From positions 296 to 64,295 of the forward strand of contig CAZHYZ010000002.1 in NCBI GenBank assembly GCA_964537195.1: 64,000 bases of DNA. The letters run 5' to 3'. Position 1 is the first letter of the stretch, and every line of letters starts with the position of its first letter. Source of the DNA: an uncultured Methanosarcinales archaeon (GTDB lineage Archaea > Nanobdellota > Nanobdellia > Woesearchaeales > GW2011-AR15). Below, piece by piece: positions 1 to 10,021 of this stretch. The notes under the pieces are model-generated. The model was not told the origin of the DNA. It was given only the letters and a program-made list of their open reading frames with translations, and ran no database searches. The position numbers and the translations under genes were made by a program.

Positions 1-1041
1 ACCATTTAATGCTTGTAAGAATCCTTGTGGATTACCTTGAGGACCAAACCCCCCTGGAAAACAGTATGGTGTGTTTTCAAACAACCAGCAAATTGCCTGT
101 TCTGTTCCTATCCAGTTCTGCAGTAATCTCATCCATAATTGGACTGTAGCAAATAATGAAGATACAAGAATAATTGGCATGACGCTTGTATAAATAAATT
201 GGAGAGGCCACCTTATTCCGTGTCCTCTCACACGACCAAAAGAAAGTGGAATCTCAACTTTCATTGCTTGTGCATATACAGCTATAACCAAAACAATTAA
301 TGTGGCTACAATAGTAATTATTGATGCCAAAACCACTGTAAGGTCTGGTTGTGAACCAAACATAAAAATAATAATTCTCCATATGTGACCAACTATCTGT
401 TGGCTTTGGAATCCTTGTTCCCAGATTAGTGTTCCATTTGCATCTGAAAAGGAAAATAATTGTATAAATATCTGTTTGCTTATTCCTGCTGCAATAAATA
501 ACGAAATTCCAGATCCAAACCCCCATTTACTTACAATCTCATCCATAAATAATACAATCATACCCCCTAAAAATAATTCAAATATTAACAATAATTGATA
601 TTGAAAAGCTACAGAACTTGTTGCAAGTTCTGTTGGTAGAGAAATTCCCCCCATCACTACATAAATGAATGCTTCAACTATGATAAAAAGAACTGAAACA
701 ATCTTCTGTATTCCTTGATATCTTTGTTTCCCTTCATGAGTATTTAAATCAAAACTCACTATTCCTGAACCATTTAGAAGCTGTAATATGATTGAGCCTG
801 TTACAATCGGGCCTATTCCTAAAGACAATAGGCTTCCAAATTGTGCCCCCAAGATAATAGAAAGATACTCGAATCTCTGTAGTGTGCTTGGACCAATAGG
901 CCAGAGGGGCACCATTCCAAGTATGAAAAACAAAACAAGAACTATAATTGTCCACTTTAGTCTATCATTGAAAGGTAGTTTTTTTTGTTTAGGTGATTCT
1001 ACTTCGGGAAGAACAGAAATTATCGTGTCTATCAAACTCAT
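1..1041 (-). CDS. secY: Preprotein translocase subunit SecY (partial, runs off the window start)
   Basis: Not in the ORF track. Manual translation from the ATG at 1041 gives MSLIDTIISVLPEVESPKQKKLPFNDRLKWT...LGIGPIVTGSIILQLL...DEIVSKWGFGSGISLFIAAG, open to base 1. It sits at the canonical position after rpl15. Confidence 0.96.
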   Translation of the reverse strand, partial: MSLIDTIISVLPEVESPKQKKLPFNDRLKWTIIVLVLFFILGMVPLWPIGPSTLQRFEYLSIILGAQFGSLLSLGIGPIVTGSIILQLLNGSGIVSFDLNTHEGKQRYQGIQKIVSVLFIIVEAFIYVVMGGISLPTELATSSVAFQYQLLLIFELFLGGMIVLFMDEIVSKWGFGSGISLFIAAGISKQIFIQLFSFSDANGTLIWEQGFQSQQIVGHIWRIIIFMFGSQPDLTVVLASIITIVATLIVLVIAVYAQAMKVEIPLSFGRVRGHGIRWPLQFIYTSVMPIILVSSLFATVQLWMRLLQNWIGTEQAICWLFENTPYCFPGGFGPQGNPQGFLQALNG

Positions 1042-1051
1042 TTTTTCAAAA

Positions 1052-1504
1052 CTAATCCTCGGATTTCTTCAAAAGGACTATTTCCCCGCCAGAACTAGTG
1101 ACTTTATCAATGGCCCTCTTGCTGGCGTTTTTGACAGAGATTCTCATTTTTTCTGTTACACTGCCTTTAGATAATAATTTATCATATCCAAATTTATCTA
1201 AATTTATTTCATAAATTTCTTTCTTTTTTTCTATTTTTCCTTCTGCTAAAAGCATATCGAGTTTGGTCTGCAAAGTTTTTAGGTTAATAATTTTCATTGG
1301 TTTCGTCTGAGAAGTAAACCCTTGTTTTCCTAAATTTCTAATTCCTCCAGTAATCTTCATAAGTTTGGCATCTCCTCTTTTTCCTGCTCCTGATTTTCCA
1401 CGGCCCCCCCTGTGCCCAGCACCTCGATTTTTCTTTTTTGAACCATGTCCGGCAGTTATCTTTGATGCCCTGTTCCTGGATCGTTTAGATCTTTTTCTTT
1501 GCAT
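1052..1504 (-). CDS. rpl15: 50S ribosomal protein uL15
   Basis: GHGSKKKNRGAGHRGGRG motif, INL and KLLSKG motifs; operon position. Confidence 0.96.
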   Translation of the reverse strand: MQRKRSKRSRNRASKITAGHGSKKKNRGAGHRGGRGKSGAGKRGDAKLMKITGGIRNLGKQGFTSQTKPMKIINLKTLQTKLDMLLAEGKIEKKKEIYEINLDKFGYDKLLSKGSVTEKMRISVKNASKRAIDKVTSSGGEIVLLKKSED

Positions 1505-1505
1505 T

Positions 1506-1985
1506 TTACATCATCCGACTTATTAAGTCCTCAATTTCTTTCCCTCTATATCCCAAAGCTCCTCCTTTAGAAAAAGGTGTCTTAATTCCTTTTCTTCCAT
1601 ATCCTTTCTTAGGTGGAGATAACCTAAAAAATTTCTTATATTTTTTCTTGTTGAATAAAAAGAAATTACTCTGTTTTATCTTGTTTTTCTCTCCCTGTAA
1701 TTTTGGCTTGAACACTTCACCTTTTTCTTTTATTATTTTATCAAAAGATTCTTCAGAAAGTTCTCCCCAAGTAACATAATCCTTTACTTTAACTATCATT
1801 CCTCTCATAGAGTCGTTGTCTGGAACAACTGAACACCAATTTTTGTTATGAAGATTAAGCATTTCTAACGTTCTTTTAATTGGGTTTGTAAGATGTATTT
1901 TTCCTCTAACTCTAACTACAGCAATTAATCCCTTTTTCTTCTTCTCTGTTTTCTTATCTTTCTTACTTTTTTTCTTCTTTGTCAT
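1506..1985 (-). CDS. rpl30: 50S ribosomal protein uL30 (archaeal long form)
   Basis: IAVVRVRG...TLEMLNL...GMIVKVKDYVTWGE, RLSPPKKGY, GGALGYRG. Confidence 0.95.
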   Translation of the reverse strand: MTKKKKSKKDKKTEKKKKGLIAVVRVRGKIHLTNPIKRTLEMLNLHNKNWCSVVPDNDSMRGMIVKVKDYVTWGELSEESFDKIIKEKGEVFKPKLQGEKNKIKQSNFFLFNKKKYKKFFRLSPPKKGYGRKGIKTPFSKGGALGYRGKEIEDLISRMM

Positions 1986-2727
1986 CTTTTCTTCCTTCTA
2001 TTATTATAAGTTTCTTATAATGCTCTTCTTTAATCTTTGTACTCATTAATTTCTTTAATGCATCTTCGGTAGCTTTAATCAAATTCATCTTTGTCCTTGA
2101 TTTGCCTTGCATTTCCGACCATATGTCCCCTACCCCAGCCAACTCTAAAATCTTTCCGACTTCCTTATCAACTTTTAATCCTGTTCCTTTTGGGGCGGGT
2201 ATTAATTTCAGTCTTACTGATCCACACTTTCCTTCTACTGCAAAAGGAATTGTGTGGGGTTCTGGATAAATGCCTCTCCAAGAACCTCTTCGAATTTTAA
2301 ATATGTTAAGCTTGGCGTTTCTAAATGCCTTTTCCCTTGCCGGCACAGTTTCCTTTGATTTTCCATATCCCAAACCAACTAGACCATCTCTATTACCTAC
2401 AACAGCCATTGTACCAAATCTTGGTTTATTGCCTTCTCTAGTTTTCTTTTGTGTTTGTCTGAAGACACGTCTTTTTCCCCCTCCAAACTTCCCTTTTGCC
2501 TGGCCTATATTTAACAAATCGTTTTCCAACTCTGGTACAAGAAGTTCTACTACTTCCTTCTCCATGATGTTATACCCATTATCTAAAATGACCTCAATAT
2601 CTTTAATTTCACCTGAAGACACTTTTTTCCCTAGTTCTGTTTTTGGTGCCCATTGTTCTTCCGCCACAACAACAGGTTGTTCTTCTTCTTGTTCAACTAT
2701 TGTTTCTTTTTCTTTTTTCCTTACCAT
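1963..2727 (-). CDS. rps5: 30S ribosomal protein uS5
   Basis: WAPKTELGKKV, VGNRDGLVGLG, GKCGSVRLKLIPAPKGTGL. Confidence 0.97.
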   Translation of the reverse strand: MVRKKEKETIVEQEEEQPVVVAEEQWAPKTELGKKVSSGEIKDIEVILDNGYNIMEKEVVELLVPELENDLLNIGQAKGKFGGGKRRVFRQTQKKTREGNKPRFGTMAVVGNRDGLVGLGYGKSKETVPAREKAFRNAKLNIFKIRRGSWRGIYPEPHTIPFAVEGKCGSVRLKLIPAPKGTGLKVDKEVGKILELAGVGDIWSEMQGKSRTKMNLIKATEDALKKLMSTKIKEEHYKKLIIIEGRKDDKEEKK

Positions 2728-2729
2728 TT

Positions 2730-3236
2730 TTATTTCCCCGACAGTATCTTCTCTTTAGTTTTCTCAAAAATCTCCAGAATACCTTTTTTTTCAAAATCTT
2801 TTATGTGCTTACCGATGATTCTATCTTCGCTTGGCACAACAGACTCATTAAAATTTATTTTTAGTCCTCCCTCACTTGCGCCCTTCAAAACAGCAAATAT
2901 TCTTGCTCCTCTTTTAGGTGACTGTAGCCCGATATCTAATATCGCATCTTTTCCCTTTGCTTTCACCCCAATGAGAAGCCCCACAAGATAAGCAGAAGGG
3001 ATATTCCCTTTGTTCTGTTTCCATCCATATTTTTCTAGGTGCTTTGAAGTTATAGTAAACAAAACTTTGTCTCCTTTTTCATCATATTTAACAAGCTGCG
3101 CCATAATGTTCTTGTTAGATTTTCTTACAACTAACCGTGGCTTTTTACTTTTGAGATGTCTCAATCTAGCATTATAGTCTGTTTTTCCTTCTCTCTTCCT
3201 TTTGAAAGGAATTGTAAATACTTTTTTGTTTGCCAT
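2730..3236 (-). CDS. rpl18: 50S ribosomal protein uL18
   Basis: KRKREGKTDYNARL, RLVVRKSNK, GNIPSAYLVGLL, AILDIGL. Confidence 0.97.
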   Translation of the reverse strand: MANKKVFTIPFKRKREGKTDYNARLRHLKSKKPRLVVRKSNKNIMAQLVKYDEKGDKVLFTITSKHLEKYGWKQNKGNIPSAYLVGLLIGVKAKGKDAILDIGLQSPKRGARIFAVLKGASEGGLKINFNESVVPSEDRIIGKHIKDFEKKGILEIFEKTKEKILSGK

Positions 3237-3237
3237 T

Positions 3238-3687
3238 TTATTTCTTGAATAACCCGTGTTCGTTCAAATATAATTTTATGTGACGTTCGCTCCTAAAAAA
3301 TCCTCCTTTGGATTTTGCATACATTTCTTTATAGACTTTTTGATTTATCTTGTTGTTCTCTTTTAATTTCTTCAAAAATTCTCTTTGTCTTCTTATCTTG
3401 TTTATCCATCTTCTTTTTCTTGGAAGCCTTGCGTTTGCTTTTCCTTTTCTGGTTCCTTGCCCCTTTTTTCTCCCTCTTACTTTCTGTTTCTGATTTTTCT
3501 TTGCTCTCGCCCTAGAAACTCCTTTGTTCTGAGATATTTTAATTGCACCATCCCTAATTAATCCTTTTATATCTTGCCTTGTTATTGCCTCAGTAATCTC
3601 TTCTAATCTAGTAGGGTCTAGCTTGACCTTTTTCCTACTTTTTCCTGAGATTTTTGACGCTAATTTTTTTTGTATTCTTGATTTCAT
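3238..3687 (-). CDS. rpl19e: 50S ribosomal protein eL19
   Basis: QKKLASK, AITRQDI, GRKKGQGTRKG, WINKIRRQR, KGGFF. Confidence 0.96.
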   Translation of the reverse strand: MKSRIQKKLASKISGKSRKKVKLDPTRLEEITEAITRQDIKGLIRDGAIKISQNKGVSRARAKKNQKQKVRGRKKGQGTRKGKANARLPRKRRWINKIRRQREFLKKLKENNKINQKVYKEMYAKSKGGFFRSERHIKLYLNEHGLFKK

Positions 3688-3689
3688 TT

Positions 3690-4256
3690 TTATCTCTTCT
3701 TTGTAAGCAATTTATCTATCTCTTTTTTCTCTATTTTCTTCTTTTCTTCATCAGAGAGTTTATCCTCAATTGATTTTTCTTCTTTGAGTTTTTCTTTCTT
3801 CTCTGTCTTTTTCTTTTCATCTGTTTTCTTGGTCTGTTTCTTTGTTTTCTTTAATTCTTCTTCCTTAATATTAATAAATTCTTCTGGATTTGGAATGTTT
3901 AGTATAGTTATTTTCTTCTTAACAAGTTCTTTCAAAATTGGAATTCTTTTTCTTAGTCCAATCTTCCCAGAAACAATTACTCCCTGTGTCTTTGGATTTA
4001 TCTGCTCAACTTGTACAATTGAAGCTAAATAAATTATGTCTAACCCAGAAAAATGCTTCCCTCTTAATTCTTTTGGTGTTCCATATCCTGGACCAACAAG
4101 GGGTTGATTCCTTATTCTGTTTCTTTGTTTAGAGTGCTCTCCTCTTGGTTTTCTCCATTTTTTAGAGAGTCTCTTTTTCTTATTTGCGTCTTGCCTGATA
4201 AAATTAGGATTTTTCTTCCTCTTCTCCTTCTTTGTGTCAACTAGATTTTTAGTCAT
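3690..4256 (-). CDS. rpl32e: 50S ribosomal protein eL32 with a charged C-terminal extension
   Basis: PNFIRQD...WRKPRGEHSKQR, VGPGYGTPKELRGKHFSG; about 55 extra K/E-rich residues at the C-terminus. Confidence 0.93.
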   Translation of the reverse strand: MTKNLVDTKKEKRKKNPNFIRQDANKKKRLSKKWRKPRGEHSKQRNRIRNQPLVGPGYGTPKELRGKHFSGLDIIYLASIVQVEQINPKTQGVIVSGKIGLRKRIPILKELVKKKITILNIPNPEEFINIKEEELKKTKKQTKKTDEKKKTEKKEKLKEEKSIEDKLSDEEKKKIEKKEIDKLLTKKR

Positions 4257-4810
4257 ATTTTTTTACCTGCTTTTTCAGTTATATAAATCCCGTCTTGAAA
4301 TATTCTTTTATCAAAACCTGGTCTTCTTGTTCTCTGTTCGATGTCCGCAGAAACTTGTCCTGCCAAATCCTTATCGGGAGACTCAACCATTATTTCATTT
4401 CCTTTAACTGTTACTTTCGCGCCTTGCCTTATTTCAACCTTTCTAGGAACCTTTTCCCCAAGGAAATTCTTTATTATTAAAACATTATTGGACACACTAA
4501 CATTCATTGGAAAATGTCCTGAACAAATTTTTAGCTTATACATATATGGTTCTTGTACACCTTTTATTCCTTTTAACAAATGTGCTTTATAAGTATTAAT
4601 CATTGCTTTCTCTCTTTTTGTTTGTCTGGAAGTTTCTAAAATAATTTCATCGGCCTTAACATTTATAATAACGATGGGGCTGTCTAGTTTTTTCTTTACA
4701 CTTCCCCCAAGTCCTTCAATTACTACCAACTCTCCCTCTTTTCTGATTGTAATTCCGTCCGGGATTTCTATCTTTTCTTGAATCTTTTCGTTTGCCATTT
4801 TAATAAACAT
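4253..4810 (-). CDS. rpl6: 50S ribosomal protein uL6 (likely start 4798)
   Basis: HFPMNVSV, NFLGEKVPR, DKRIFQDGIYIT. Confidence 0.97.
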   Translation of the reverse strand: MFIKMANEKIQEKIEIPDGITIRKEGELVVIEGLGGSVKKKLDSPIVIINVKADEIILETSRQTKREKAMINTYKAHLLKGIKGVQEPYMYKLKICSGHFPMNVSVSNNVLIIKNFLGEKVPRKVEIRQGAKVTVKGNEIMVESPDKDLAGQVSADIEQRTRRPGFDKRIFQDGIYITEKAGKKI

Positions 4811-5192
4811 ATGCTATTAGATTTCCACCTAATTTTTTTTCAATTGCCTCTTCATGTGTCATTAATCCTTTGTTTGTTGAGACAACCAATAACCCGAATC
4901 CGTGGGCTGGAAGATATCTTTCTTCAAATTTAGGATACTCGTCGAGCGAAACGCCGTATCTCGGCTTAATTACGCCAACCTTATTTATGCCACCAAAGAG
5001 ACTCACAACCAATTTTTTCCCTTTGGCCTCTTTTAATTCTTTGTATTCTCCGAGGTATTTGTTGTCTTTCAATAAGTCAAGGACTTTTTTTATTAATTTA
5101 GAGGTTGGTCTAACTATTGCTTCTGATCTGCCTTTTTTTTCAGCAGCCATTATTTTTGATAATACGTTTGATAGTGGGTCGTTTAAGCTCAT
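4800..5192 (-). CDS. rps8: 30S ribosomal protein uS8
   Basis: DPLSNVLSKI, INKVGVIKPR, LVVSTNKGLMTHEEA. Confidence 0.97.
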   Translation of the reverse strand: MSLNDPLSNVLSKIMAAEKKGRSEAIVRPTSKLIKKVLDLLKDNKYLGEYKELKEAKGKKLVVSLFGGINKVGVIKPRYGVSLDEYPKFEERYLPAHGFGLLVVSTNKGLMTHEEAIEKKLGGNLIAYVY

Positions 5193-5199
5193 TTTTTCA

Positions 5200-5436
5200 T
5201 CAACTATATTTTTTAAAACCTAATTTGGGTGCAATTTCTCTAAAGCAACATCTGCAAAAGTTTAGGTTGTATTGACTAACAAATCCTCCTACACCTGTTC
5301 TTCCACATCTGGAACATTTTGCTTTTTGCCTACCACAAGATCTCTCTTTCGGTAAATTGTACTTCTTGAACCTCTTTAATTTCTGAGGCTTCTTCTTTAA
5401 TTGTTTTAACATTTTTTTTGGATTTGAAGTTGTCAT
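5200..5436 (-). CDS. rps14: 30S ribosomal protein uS14, Zn-binding type with N-terminal extension
   Basis: CSRCG...[18 protein letters not shown]. Confidence 0.95.
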   Translation of the reverse strand: MTTSNPKKMLKQLKKKPQKLKRFKKYNLPKERSCGRQKAKCSRCGRTGVGGFVSQYNLNFCRCCFREIAPKLGFKKYS

Positions 5437-5948
5437 TGATTATCCTCCACAACCACACCATATTTTCTCTTGAAAAACTCAACACTGTCTTCTTGTGTTA
5501 TTTGGTGTTTTTTTCCTATTTTTCTTCTCATTTTTCTTCTCGTTTTGACTCTAAAACCTGGTCTCATAAGTGTTATTGAAACTTGAAACCCCATAATTCC
5601 AATTGAAGCATCATATTCAAGTCCTTGGACATCTATATATTCCGGTATCCCAAACGATATATTTCCATTCTGATCAAAATTACTGGTTTCCAGTTTGTTT
5701 TCTTTTGCCACCAAAACTCTCTTCAAAATTTCTTCGGCCTCTTTCCCTCTAAGAGTCAATTTACATCCAAGAGGCAATCCTGGTCGGACACCCCAACTTG
5801 GAATTCTCTTTTCACTTATTGTTTTTACTGAATCTTTTCCTGTAAGATTCTTCAATAATTTTATGCCTTTCTTAAGGACTTCTTGATTTGTTCCTGCTCC
5901 TACATTTAAGGTAAGTTTCTCTATCCTTATTTCTTTCATTGAATTCAT
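5433..5948 (-). CDS. rpl5: 50S ribosomal protein uL5
   Basis: [35 protein letters not shown]. Confidence 0.97.
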   Translation of the reverse strand: MNSMKEIRIEKLTLNVGAGTNQEVLKKGIKLLKNLTGKDSVKTISEKRIPSWGVRPGLPLGCKLTLRGKEAEEILKRVLVAKENKLETSNFDQNGNISFGIPEYIDVQGLEYDASIGIMGFQVSITLMRPGFRVKTRRKMRRKIGKKHQITQEDSVEFFKRKYGVVVEDNQ

Positions 5949-6640
5949 TTTTCTAAAGTTATGGCAAGACCTTTGTTTCCAACAACAAAGACAAACTTAA
6001 TTGGTGTTTCAAAAGTCTCTTTTTTTGTTTTAATCGTAGCGACACCTTTTTTTTCATCCGTATTAGTAATTTCTCCATAATCACCTGTGTGGCTTCCTCC
6101 AGTTAAGAAAGCATAGTTTCCTTTTTCGATCTTAAAATGGTCTTTAATTTTTTGAGAAGGCATCTCCAACAGCACACTGTCTCCAACAACATATTCCTTA
6201 TCCTTTACAATCATATTTCTACCATCGAACAAATTTAGTTGGGTTTTTCCCCCTTTCAATAATGTCTTCCCTTCAATTTTACAAACTTTTAATTTAGCTT
6301 CCTTTTCATTTATAGGCAATAAATAAAGTTTCTTGTTCATATTAATTAATAAGCGATAATCTTGTTTTAGTTTTGGTATGGAGATAACTTCCATGATTCC
6401 TAGAGGATATTTTGGATCTTTCCTTCTCTTCCCGTCCACCAAGATTTCATTTTCATTTAAAACGTATTTGACTTCTTTTAAGGTTTTACAAGATTTCAAC
6501 ATTTTTTTGAACACCAATGCAAGAGGTATACTCATTTCAAATGATTTGCCCGGATTTGGTCTAATAATAAATTTATTCTTCTTTCTATCTATCGGCCAAG
6601 AAACTGGTGCTGTTATTGTCTTCATGTGTCTTTTTCCCAT
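5945..6640 (-). CDS. rps4e: 30S ribosomal protein eS4
   Basis: HMKTITAPVSW, VDGKRRKDPKYPLG, QLNLFDGRN, GGSHTG. Confidence 0.96.
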   Translation of the reverse strand: MGKRHMKTITAPVSWPIDRKKNKFIIRPNPGKSFEMSIPLALVFKKMLKSCKTLKEVKYVLNENEILVDGKRRKDPKYPLGIMEVISIPKLKQDYRLLINMNKKLYLLPINEKEAKLKVCKIEGKTLLKGGKTQLNLFDGRNMIVKDKEYVVGDSVLLEMPSQKIKDHFKIEKGNYAFLTGGSHTGDYGEITNTDEKKGVATIKTKKETFETPIKFVFVVGNKGLAITLEK

Positions 6641-6641
6641 T

Positions 6642-7016
6642 TTATTTCCTCTTCAAAGCTTCTTTTCTCATTTTATCATCAAGATTTAATTCCATTATCA
6701 TAATCTTGGACGGAACAATTGGATATTTTACCTTTGTACCATCTTTTTTCTGGATTTCTACCCCTTCAATGAATATTCTCCCTTTCTTTATATCTACACT
6801 TTCAACCTTGCCCGTTTTTCCTTTAAACTGTCCTTTCATAATCTTAACTCTATCTCCTTTTCTAATCCTAAATGTTCTTTTTCCATGTTTCTGTCTCAAA
6901 TTTTCTGAGAGATGGGCTTTCATAAATTTCCCTTTTATATGTAAAGGTGCATTTTCTCTATAATTCCTTTGTTTTCTTGGTTTCTTACTTTTTTTCCATG
7001 TTGTTGAAAATTTCAT
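6642..7016 (-). CDS. rpl24: 50S ribosomal protein uL24 (start set at 7016, behind an AGGTGA Shine-Dalgarno)
   Basis: KKPRKQR..NAPLH, IRKGDRVKIMKGQFKG KOW motif. Confidence 0.96.
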   Translation of the reverse strand: MKFSTTWKKSKKPRKQRNYRENAPLHIKGKFMKAHLSENLRQKHGKRTFRIRKGDRVKIMKGQFKGKTGKVESVDIKKGRIFIEGVEIQKKDGTKVKYPIVPSKIMIMELNLDDKMRKEALKRK

Positions 7017-7024
7017 CTTTTCAC

Positions 7025-7426
7025 CTATATAATTATGCTCGCTATTTTTGCCACTGCAGGCCATCTCTGCGTGGCCTCTTTTGCAATTGGTCCCTTGAAA
7101 ATAGTGCCTTTGGGATTTCCTTTTTCGTCTTTCAATACAACAACTGCATTGTCTTCAAATTTTATCCTCATACCGTTTGGACGTCGATACTCTTTTTTCT
7201 GTCTTACTATGATGGCTAAAACCTTTTGTCTCATCATATCCGGGCGTCCTTTTTTGACTGAAACCATCACTATGTCTCCTACACCAGCTCTTGGTTTCCT
7301 TCTCTTTACCCCTTTATACCCTTGAACAGAGATTATCTCCACCACTTTTGCACCAGAGTTATCACATGTAGGAACTCTTGAGCCTACAGATAATCCTTTG
7401 GTAACATTTGCTTTGACGGGTTTCAT
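7025..7426 (-). CDS. rpl14: 50S ribosomal protein uL14
   Basis: CDNSGAK, AGVGDIVMVSVKKG, VRQKKEYRRPNG, FEDNAVV. Confidence 0.97.
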   Translation of the reverse strand: MKPVKANVTKGLSVGSRVPTCDNSGAKVVEIISVQGYKGVKRRKPRAGVGDIVMVSVKKGRPDMMRQKVLAIIVRQKKEYRRPNGMRIKFEDNAVVVLKDEKGNPKGTIFKGPIAKEATQRWPAVAKIASIII

Positions 7427-7725
7427 TTTTTTATGACCTCAGTTATGATGAACTTCTTTGTTTTGCTTAAGGGCCTACATTCTTTAATTATAACTATGTC
7501 CCCCTCCTTTGCAGATATCTCTATGGGGTTGTGGGCTTTCACTCTACTCCTCTTAGAGAGATATCTTTCATACTTGGGAACATAAACACGCCTATCCCAT
7601 TCTACTGTAACTGTTTTCTGCATTTTGGCACTAACAACTTCTCCTCTAAACGTTCTTCCCCTTGTTGATATCTTTGTGTTGGGGTTCTCTTCTTTTTCTT
7701 TCTTTTTCTTTACCATCTTCAACAT
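7423..7725 (-). CDS. rps17: 30S ribosomal protein uS17
   Basis: RGRTFRGEVVSAKMQKTVTV, YERY, ECRPLSKTK. Confidence 0.97.
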   Translation of the reverse strand: MLKMVKKKKEKEENPNTKISTRGRTFRGEVVSAKMQKTVTVEWDRRVYVPKYERYLSKRSRVKAHNPIEISAKEGDIVIIKECRPLSKTKKFIITEVIKK

Positions 7726-7943
7726 ACTTTTATTCTTTCTTCTGGCCTCTTGTTTATTTCTTTTCCGTCGATTCTATTATCTTCAATTACAACCACTGCA
7801 TTGGTTTTTATGATTTTCTTAACTCCTCTTCTTGTTTCAATAAAGAATAGGTTTTTTGTCTCATCGATAATCTTTCCAGTAAAAAAAGTTCCATTATACT
7901 GTATGTCTGCTTTTTTTCCAATGAATTCTTTTTTTTTTATCAT
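7719..7943 (-). CDS. rnp1: RNase P protein subunit Rpp29/POP4
   Basis: GKIIDETKNLF, IDGKEINKRPEERIK; canonical position between sui1 and rps17. Confidence 0.88.
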   Translation of the reverse strand: MIKKKEFIGKKADIQYNGTFFTGKIIDETKNLFFIETRRGVKKIIKTNAVVVIEDNRIDGKEINKRPEERIKVC

Positions 7944-8245
7944 TTTACATTTATTGTCTCGGACGGGAATCCAAGTTTTGTTAATTCTTTTTTTACTTGA
8001 TATTTATGATCTCCCTGAAGTTCGACTTTACCTTCTTTGGCTGTTCCTCCACAAGCAAGCTTATTTTTCAGCTTTTTTGCCAAGTCTCTCAGGTCTATTT
8101 GTTTAGTGTCAATGCCACTTATAACTGTGTTCTTTTTTCCGAATTTTTTTCGGATCGTGTAAATTCTTATCTCTTGACTCTCCTTTGCGATGTTCTCACA
8201 AACGCAAAGGTCTTTTGGTAAACCACAAGTGTTACATATAGTCAT
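7940..8245 (-). CDS. sui1: Translation initiation factor aIF1/SUI1
   Basis: CGLPKDLCVC, LKNKLACGGTAK, VELQGDH. Confidence 0.96.
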   Translation of the reverse strand: MTICNTCGLPKDLCVCENIAKESQEIRIYTIRKKFGKKNTVISGIDTKQIDLRDLAKKLKNKLACGGTAKEGKVELQGDHKYQVKKELTKLGFPSETINVK

Positions 8246-8427
8246 TTTTTCTTCAGTTCTGTTAATAACCTCGCAATTGTTTTTTTTGTATTTTTTAGTT
8301 TCCCAGGACTTTTCAAAGTGGTCCCTGTTGCAACCTGGGTATTCAATTTAATAAGTTCCTTTCTTAACTCTATTAATTGTGTTCCCTTTTCCTCTTTTGA
8401 CATTTTTTTAATATCTTTATTTTTCAT
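8242..8427 (-). CDS. rpl29: 50S ribosomal protein uL29
   Basis: LIELRKEL...PGKLKNTKKTIARLLT. Confidence 0.93.
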   Translation of the reverse strand: MKNKDIKKMSKEEKGTQLIELRKELIKLNTQVATGTTLKSPGKLKNTKKTIARLLTELKKK

Positions 8428-9169
8428 CTTCTTTCTTTTCTGTTTTCTTTGGCTTTTTCTGTCTTGGTTTGTTCTCTTCTTTTTTTACTTCTTTTTCTGT
8501 TGTCTTATCTTTAATTTCTTCCTCAACTTTCTTTGACTCTTCATCAGAAACTTCTTCAACTGTTGATTTATCTGGCTCTAAAAAGGTAACATCATCTGGC
8601 AATCTGACATCCGGTGGCATAATGCTGACTTTTACTCCAGCAATTCCTGATTTTAGTTTGGCTCTTGCATATGCAATATCAACTTGAGTTAAGGCAACAT
8701 GACCGCATTTTTTAATATATCCTTGATAAAATCTCCATGTTCTGGCTCTTGAACTTGGTATCTTCCCAGAAATTAATATTTCTACTCCTTTTGCTCCTGC
8801 ATTTAAAACATCTGCCATTGTCTTGTGTCCTATGCCTTTAAATCTCATTGTTCCGAATCTTTCAAGGCCAGATGCTATTCTTTCTGCTACCACAGAGGCG
8901 ACAAGATTCACATTTTCAACTTCATTAATCTCTATTTGCGGATTCTCCAAATCAAATTCTTTCTTTAGTTGGTTCGTTAATTTCTTTATGTTGCTTCCAC
9001 CGCTCCCAATGACTAACCCCGGCCTAGCGGCATAAATAATTATTTTTTCACCAAGAGGTGTTCTTTGAATCTTTATATGACTGAGTCCTGCTCCGCCTAA
9101 TTGACTCCTTATAAATTCTTGTATTTCAAATTCTTTCTTATTTCTTGATACAAAGTCTCTCTCAATCAT
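8417..9169 (-). CDS. rps3: 30S ribosomal protein uS3 with a charged C-terminal tail
   Basis: KH domain RPGLVIGSGG, GAKGVEILISGK, GIAGVKVSIMPP. Confidence 0.97.
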   Translation of the reverse strand: MIERDFVSRNKKEFEIQEFIRSQLGGAGLSHIKIQRTPLGEKIIIYAARPGLVIGSGGSNIKKLTNQLKKEFDLENPQIEINEVENVNLVASVVAERIASGLERFGTMRFKGIGHKTMADVLNAGAKGVEILISGKIPSSRARTWRFYQGYIKKCGHVALTQVDIAYARAKLKSGIAGVKVSIMPPDVRLPDDVTFLEPDKSTVEEVSDEESKKVEEEIKDKTTEKEVKKEENKPRQKKPKKTEKKEDEK

Positions 9170-9633
9170 TTTTTCTTCCCCGTTGACTCTTTCTTTTCTT
9201 TTTTCATCTCAGCAACAATAATCTCAACATGAGATCTTTTGGCTTTTCTTCTCCTTTGCCTCCCATAACGCCAAGGCCTTGAAGCTCTATTAGCTGCTAT
9301 GTGTTCTATAACCAAATTAGATGTTGATAGCCCTTTGTTCTGGGCGTTTGTTTCTACACTTTTTAATATCCTTAAAATTGCTTCTGCAGCATTAATGGGA
9401 TATTTTCCTGCCGCCATTCCTTTTTTATGTGCTGTATCTCTATAAAATCTTCTCATTCTGATGGGTTCTTCCTTTTTAATAACCTTACTAAGCAACTGTT
9501 TAGCTTTTTTTAGAGGCATTCCTCTAAGTTGGTTACAAATTTCTATTGCATGTTTTGTAGATATTCCTATGTCTCTGCCATGTGCTTTAGCAATATTCTC
9601 TTTTTCACCTTGATAGGAATATTTAATTTTCAT
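9166..9633 (-). CDS. rpl22: 50S ribosomal protein uL22
   Basis: ISTKHAIEIC..LRGM, GKYPINAA, NAQNKGL, HVEIIV. Confidence 0.97.
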   Translation of the reverse strand: MKIKYSYQGEKENIAKAHGRDIGISTKHAIEICNQLRGMPLKKAKQLLSKVIKKEEPIRMRRFYRDTAHKKGMAAGKYPINAAEAILRILKSVETNAQNKGLSTSNLVIEHIAANRASRPWRYGRQRRRKAKRSHVEIIVAEMKKEKKESTGKKK

Positions 9634-9635
9634 TT

Positions 9636-10019
9636 TTATCTCACTGATACGCTAGCGCTACTTCTTGTTGCACCAACACCGGGTGCATTGTGTTGTATCC
9701 TCTTCCTTGTTAGGGCAAATTCTCCCAAAAAGTGGCCGAGCATCTCTGGTTGTATGATAATTGGAATAAATTCCTTTCCAGTATGTATCATGATTTTCTT
9801 ATCTAACATTAACGGAATTATAACCATATCTCTAACATGTGTCTTAATGTTGTTCTGATTAGTTTCAATCTTTTCAATAAGTTTCTTCTGTTCTGAAGTG
9901 AATCCTCTTTTTATACTCTTTCTCGCTCTGCTCGGAATTAATTTTGAAAATTCTTTTATCGACATCTTTTTCAATTCATCAATGCTCTTTCCGCGATATG
10001 AAAATTCTTTCTTTGCCAT
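9636..10019 (-). CDS. rps19: 30S ribosomal protein uS19
   Basis: FSYRGK, KTHVRDMVI, EMLGHFLGEF, PGVGATRSS. Confidence 0.97.
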   Translation of the reverse strand: MAKKEFSYRGKSIDELKKMSIKEFSKLIPSRARKSIKRGFTSEQKKLIEKIETNQNNIKTHVRDMVIIPLMLDKKIMIHTGKEFIPIIIQPEMLGHFLGEFALTRKRIQHNAPGVGATRSSASVSVR

Positions 10020-10021
10020 TC